A DNA stretch of 63,693 bases, counting the filler, from Pelomyxa schiedti (Eukaryota > Protista > Evosea), in the NCBI GenBank assembly GCA_020536535.1. It is 14 parts of 14 records of this genome, joined end to end, with 100 filler letters (N's around TTAATTAATTAA, not from the genome) between each part and the next. Parts side by side here need not be neighbours in the genome. Positions count along the whole stretch, not along the records: positions 58,800 to 60,746 come from JAHLWZ010002198.1; positions 60,847 to 62,565 come from JAHLWZ010002310.1; positions 62,666 to 63,693 come from JAHLWZ010002977.1; 11 more parts are not named here. One strand, written 5' to 3'. Both the position numbers and the translations under genes were made by a program. This document shows positions 59,118-63,693 of this stretch, piece by piece. Under the pieces are notes generated by a model. The model searched no databases and had not been told where the DNA came from. It was given only the letters and a program-made list of their open reading frames with translations. The first letter of the stretch is position 1. Each line of letters starts with the position of its first letter.

Positions 59118-60086
59118 ATGGCGTCCCACAATGCAGATGACAGCGATGGAGTCACAGTGATGGTGCTCGCGGGGGGTCGGTCGACAAGGATGGGAAGGGA
59201 CAAGCCCACGTGTGTGGAACTAGGTGGAAGGTCACTATTGTGTTGGGTTTTGTCATGGTACTCATATCCCCCCCTTTGTTGGGTGCCTATTGAAACACGT
59301 TTTTGTTCTGTGCCGCGTTTTTTTTGGATCGCTGGTTTTTAAATACATTACCATTAATATTTGAAAATATCTCTGCCATAATGTTCTTTATTGCTTTCCT
59401 CCTTTTTTTTTTCTCTTCGCACTAAGTAGAAAGTGTAGAGAGAGTATTCCCAAAGGACAGAATATTTGTATCACTTGGTGCCGGGCAACCAATATCCGAC
59501 GACTTGGACAGGCAGCTCCGCGGTATTGCCGTAGTGCGTGACAGAAGCGAGGCCTCCCATAATGGTGTGGGAGTTGGCCCGCTTGGGGGAATCCAGGCCG
59601 GCCTAAGCAGATGCCAAACCCCTTGGCTTATGGTTCTACCCTGCGATTGTCCATTTGTCAGTGAGTCATTCATAAGAGGAATAACAAGACTCACCCACGG
59701 CACCCAAAGCAAGGCAATATAATTCACTAATTACAATCGCACAATAATAAGACCCAAAGTTAAAAATAAAACTAAAACTTAAGCAACTAACCCATAACCA
59801 GGTAATTGTTCCCAAGCCCGATAGTGACTTGTACGAGCCCCTTCACGCCCTGTACTCCCGGGAGCTCCTCCCACAAGTGGATTCGATGGTGGCCACCAAC
59901 CACCGCCGAGTGTACGACCTCTTTGATGTGTCCTGTACTACATTTGTGGACCGGCCTATGTTGGATTCCATTGATTCCGCGTGGGAGTCCAGCTTCTTCA
60001 ACATCAACACACCGTCACAGCTTGAGGCCGCCCAGGCCCATGTTGCTTCAAACTTCACATCAAAGCTTCCTCCATCTTATCACTGA
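59118..60086 (+). CDS. mobA: Molybdenum cofactor guanylyltransferase (MobA), 3 exons
   Basis: VLAGGRSTRMGRDK, GPLGGIQAGL, VLPCDCPF, EPLHALY, FFNINTP; introns 59258-59433 (GT-AG) and 59714-59801 (GC-AG) keep the frame. Confidence 0.9.
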
Positions 60087-60283
60087 CACCCTGTGTAATT
60101 TTATGTGGGGTCAAAGGTGAAGCGTGAAGGTACGTGCATTGCCACACGTCTTCTAATCACAGCAGTATAATTGCAGTTATACCTCACGTCACCATAAATA
60201 TGTGCTTAATGCATTTTTTGTCCACTCCCTTTGAAACAAAGCATAAGATCTTTCTGTGAAGGCAACCAGAAAATTGATCGAGA

Positions 60284-60746
60284 ATGTCGTCCAAGGATGG
60301 GTCGACTTCCAAGCGCGAACAGAGGCGACGCCTGGCAACCGCCCAACGCGATGCACTCCGCAACACCAACACCCAACAACAGCAACAAACCCAACAACAA
60401 CCGCAGTCACAACAACAGGCACATGCACAACAGCCGCAACCGCAACAACAACAACAACAACAACAACAACAACGGCACCGTAATCGGCAGCACCACCACG
60501 ACCACCAACAAGAAGTTCCACACCCACCGCTGAACTTCCTGGTGGATTGTTTACCGGAAGGCTTTGCTCCCTCGGTTGATGACTTCATGGCGGTGTACTC
60601 GATGATGCAGGCCAGCGGCGCCGACCTGCCGCCCCCGAGGTCGATCTCGACGTTTGGGCCGGACGGCAACTGCGCCAAGTTCCAGCCGTCGGTCCTCATC
60701 GACGCGCGTCGCCAGTATCTCGCGCTGGCCGCGGCGTGTAACCCAC
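60284..60746 (+). CDS. Gln-rich protein carrying the expanded-family N-terminal motif, 3'-truncated
   Basis: PolyQ tract; LIDARRQYLALAAACNP matches the xIxARxQxxxL motif. Confidence 0.6.
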
Positions 60747-60846
60747 NNNNNNNNNNNNNNNNNNNNNNNNNNNNNNNNNNNNNNNNNNNNTTAATTAATT
60801 AANNNNNNNNNNNNNNNNNNNNNNNNNNNNNNNNNNNNNNNNNNNN

Positions 60847-62565
60847 AGGAGGGTGCAGGTGTGTGGGATGCAGGTGCGTGTGGGGGGTGCAAGTGCGTGT
60901 GTGCGGTTCTATAAACAGGGTGCCAGGTGCGTGTGAATGATACACCCTTCCACAGAGTGTATCCCCACCCCCATCCCCATCCCCACATGTGCATCCTTCC
61001 AAAGGGAGGGAGTTGCAAGGCGGCCTGTATAGTACAAGTAAGTAAGTGCAGTGTGTGCGGTAGAGGTTTATAAATTTCCGGGTATCCCGGAATTGCTATT
61101 TGTACAATAATAATAATAGCGGCGTAATATATATTAGGAGTAGAAGTAGTAGTAGCACTAGTAGTAGCCGGCGAATAGTAAGTAGTAGTAGTCCTCTCTA
61201 ATACCACAACACTGTTAGCGCCTAAGGAAAAGTGAGTAGACATTATGGAGGATGTTGAAGTTACCAGGATGTGGGGACAGATGACAAGGTAACATATGGG
61301 TATAAAACTGGACTTTCTCTTCCTTGTCCAGCCAGCCTTTTGAAAGAAAAAAAGCTATGGCTCCAATATCTCCCACGCTTCCGTCTAGCATAGGCCCAGG
61401 CTGCAGCCAGAATCAAATGTTTTCTCATCTGTACAAAACAATTTGCCTGCCCTCCAGACAACAGATTTCAGCTCTAGGTGGTATTGATACCGTTCCACAG
61501 CAACTGATAAACCTGGGGTTGCACTTTTAACCTTCTTGGACAGCTTAAGCAAGAAAATTCCCTACGAGGCTGTTAGGGGGTAATAAATGCAAAATGTTCT
61601 ACAAAATTACACAAGCAATACTGTGGAGATATCTCTAGGTGTTATAACCTCGTTAAGGTTGTCAGAGGCCAAGTACGATAACGCCTTTGGTCCCCCTAGA
61701 ACTTTCCCACAGTAGTGCTGTAGAAAAGTGCACACCCTAAAGTTCTTCGAACTGCAAGAGTGAAAAAAATGGCAGTGTTGGGCAGTTAGAGTGACTTACT
61801 TGGGTTTAAAGTGCTGTGAGAAGGACCTGTGTAATTTTTCGACAGCAGCGTCTTTTCCTTCGTTGTGGTATAACTTCCACAGAGAAAGGGCATAACTGTG
61901 GGACAAATCACACCGACGCGTTTCAAGGAATTCCTGTGCCAATGTGAAAGTTGACCATGAATTGTAACATAAGTTAGCCAAAGTTAGAATGAGGGAGGAG
62001 GGTGCAGGTGTGTGGGATGCAGGTGCGTGTGGGGGGTGCAAGTGCGTGTGTGCGGTTCTATAAACAGGGTGCCAGGTGCGTGTGAATGATACACCCTTCC
62101 ACAGAGTGTATCCCCACCCCCATCCCCATCCCCACATGTGCATCCTTCCAAAGGGAGGGAGTTGCAAGGCGGCCTGTATAGTACAAGTAAGTAAGTGCAG
62201 TGTGTGCGGTAGAGGTTTATAAATTTCCGGGTATCCCGGAATTGCTATTTGTACAATAATAATAATAGCGGCGTAATATATATTAGGAGTAGAAGTAGTA
62301 GTAGCACTAGTAGTAGCCGGCGAATAGTAAGTAGTAGTAGTCCTCTCTAATACCACAACACTGTTAGCGCCTAAGGAAAAGTGAGTAGACATTATGGAGG
62401 ATGTTGAAGTTACCAGGATGTGGGGACAGATGACAAGGTAACATATGGGTATAAAACTGGACTTTCTCTTCCTTGTCCAGCCAGCCTTTTGAAAGAAAAA
62501 AAGCTATGGCTCCAATATCTCCCACGCTTCCGTCTAGCATAGGCCCAGGCTGCAGCCAGAATCAA
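60847..62565. repeat. 570-bp direct repeats at a 1149-bp period, filling both contig ends
   Basis: 60847-61416 appears identical to 61996-62565; ORF starts at 61243 and 62392 differ by 1149. Confidence 0.9.
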
Positions 62566-63505
62566 NNNNNNNNNNNNNNNNNNNNNNNNNNNNNNNNNNN
62601 NNNNNNNNNTTAATTAATTAANNNNNNNNNNNNNNNNNNNNNNNNNNNNNNNNNNNNNNNNNNNNGGCATGTTAGTGGGACCAAGGAAGGCTATGGGAAG
62701 GGTACAAACCAAATTCCAAGTCACTGGCATCCATTTTCACTGTTGTTGTTGAGTGGTGGTAACAAAAGGGAGAGGGAGTGTACCCTGGTGATAGATTGTC
62801 AAGCAGGAGTGTGGCATGGAATCGACCCTAGTACCATGAGGAAATGGAAAACAACAGTAAGTTAAAACAAGACTATAACAAAATAAAAAAAATTGAACTA
62901 AAACAAATTAAAAATTAAAGACGAACCAACACAAAACACAAATAAGAGGTTTTAAAAAAAAATGGTTTGATCAAAAACTCCTCGTTTCCATCGTCGCTAC
63001 GAGGTTGTGGAAGAAAAACCAACACAAAGGGAAAAAACGAAACAAAGAAGAGGTTTTTTTTAAAATAATAATTATTAAATTATTATTTTCGACAAACAAC
63101 CACACACAACGATCACTGTCCATGTGGGTGTCACTTGGTCCGGGCTCCAGGTACCACCGACGTGTTGTTGTTTTTTTTTCCCTTGTTGCAACTGATCGTA
63201 TTCCCAGAAATATTCTTTGCGGGGGTGAACGGTATATTTGACTGGGGCCTGCCACAATCGACAGACGCAAAATTGAGGAACTCAACTTAGTGTGCCTTCT
63301 AAGGTGCCACACGTCGCTGAATTTCTGGCTGTTGGGAACCACCCTACTAATTACCTATCGACTTTGCGTTTTTTCTTCTCCCCAAATTGGAGCCCACAAG
63401 CAGGACGTCTCCAATCTGGAACAAGGAAGCAGCAAGGTGGAGGTGCCCAAAGTGTGCCCAATTTGGGCAAAACCCACAATTTGGGCCCAACATATCTGGA
63501 GCCCA

Positions 63506-63643
63506 GGGGCGGTCATTTTACATAGAGGAAAAACCACAGGAAAATTGTAAAATGACCGCCCCATCGTTTTGGGGGCGGTCGTTTGACAATAAAGAAAAAA
63601 TTGTCAAATGACCGCCCCGGGGCGGTCATTTTACAATTTTTTC
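63506..63643. repeat. Array of five alternating-orientation copies of GGGGCGGTCATTTTACA
   Basis: Copies at 63506(+), 63546(-), 63572(+), 63602(-), 63619(+). Confidence 0.9.
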
Positions 63644-63693
63644 CTTCTAATCTCTTAATTATTTTCTTCCTTCTGGGGTCCGTGTGGTACCAC

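Noticed and set aside
59118-60086. mobA as bacterial or endosymbiont contamination
   Set aside because: It is interrupted by introns with in-frame stops, has no operon context and neighbours a host-type polyQ gene.
6554-62665. Recurrent TTAATTAATTAA flanked by N runs (13 times)
   Set aside because: Artificial six-frame-stop contig linker. Adjacency across linkers has no biological meaning.
58146-63643. CRISPR-like reading of the short repeats
   Set aside because: Only two copies in one case and alternating orientation in the other; no regular spacers, no cas genes, eukaryotic context.

Overview
This window is not one locus. It is 14 contigs joined by artificial 100-nt linkers (N44-TTAATTAATTAA-N44) at 6554, 9403, 18124, 19846, 29034, 31840, 36962, 40400, 46461, 49834, 58700, 60747 and 62566, plus five 100-N scaffold gaps. 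The DNA is from a compact eukaryotic genome with the standard code and many ~35-55 nt GT-AG introns. The gene set (cAMP-receptor-like GPCR, Roco-like and Sel1 kinases, PEX11, lineage-expanded families) suggests an amoebozoan, possibly a Pelomyxa-like archamoeba; this is inference only. Recognisable genes: two tandem PPP phosphatases (one catalytically degenerate), tRNA-Leu(CAA), four ankyrin-like paralogues, PEX11, a PMCA Ca2+-ATPase, a syntaxin, Gemin5, RNF32, kelch/F-box proteins, two Sel1-repeat kinases, a PHO80-type cyclin, INO80C/Ies6 and a GPCR. Two results stand out. (1) A spliced gene, fragmented in the ORF track, encodes an atypical Rho-like GTPase + F-box + C-terminal Vint-type Hint (hedgehog/intein) autoprocessing domain (6654-8796, minus strand). 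(2) A bacterial-type mobA (Mo-cofactor guanylyltransferase) carries spliceosomal introns (59118-60086). Gene models were spliced by hand and domain calls were made by motif recognition; no database searches were run.
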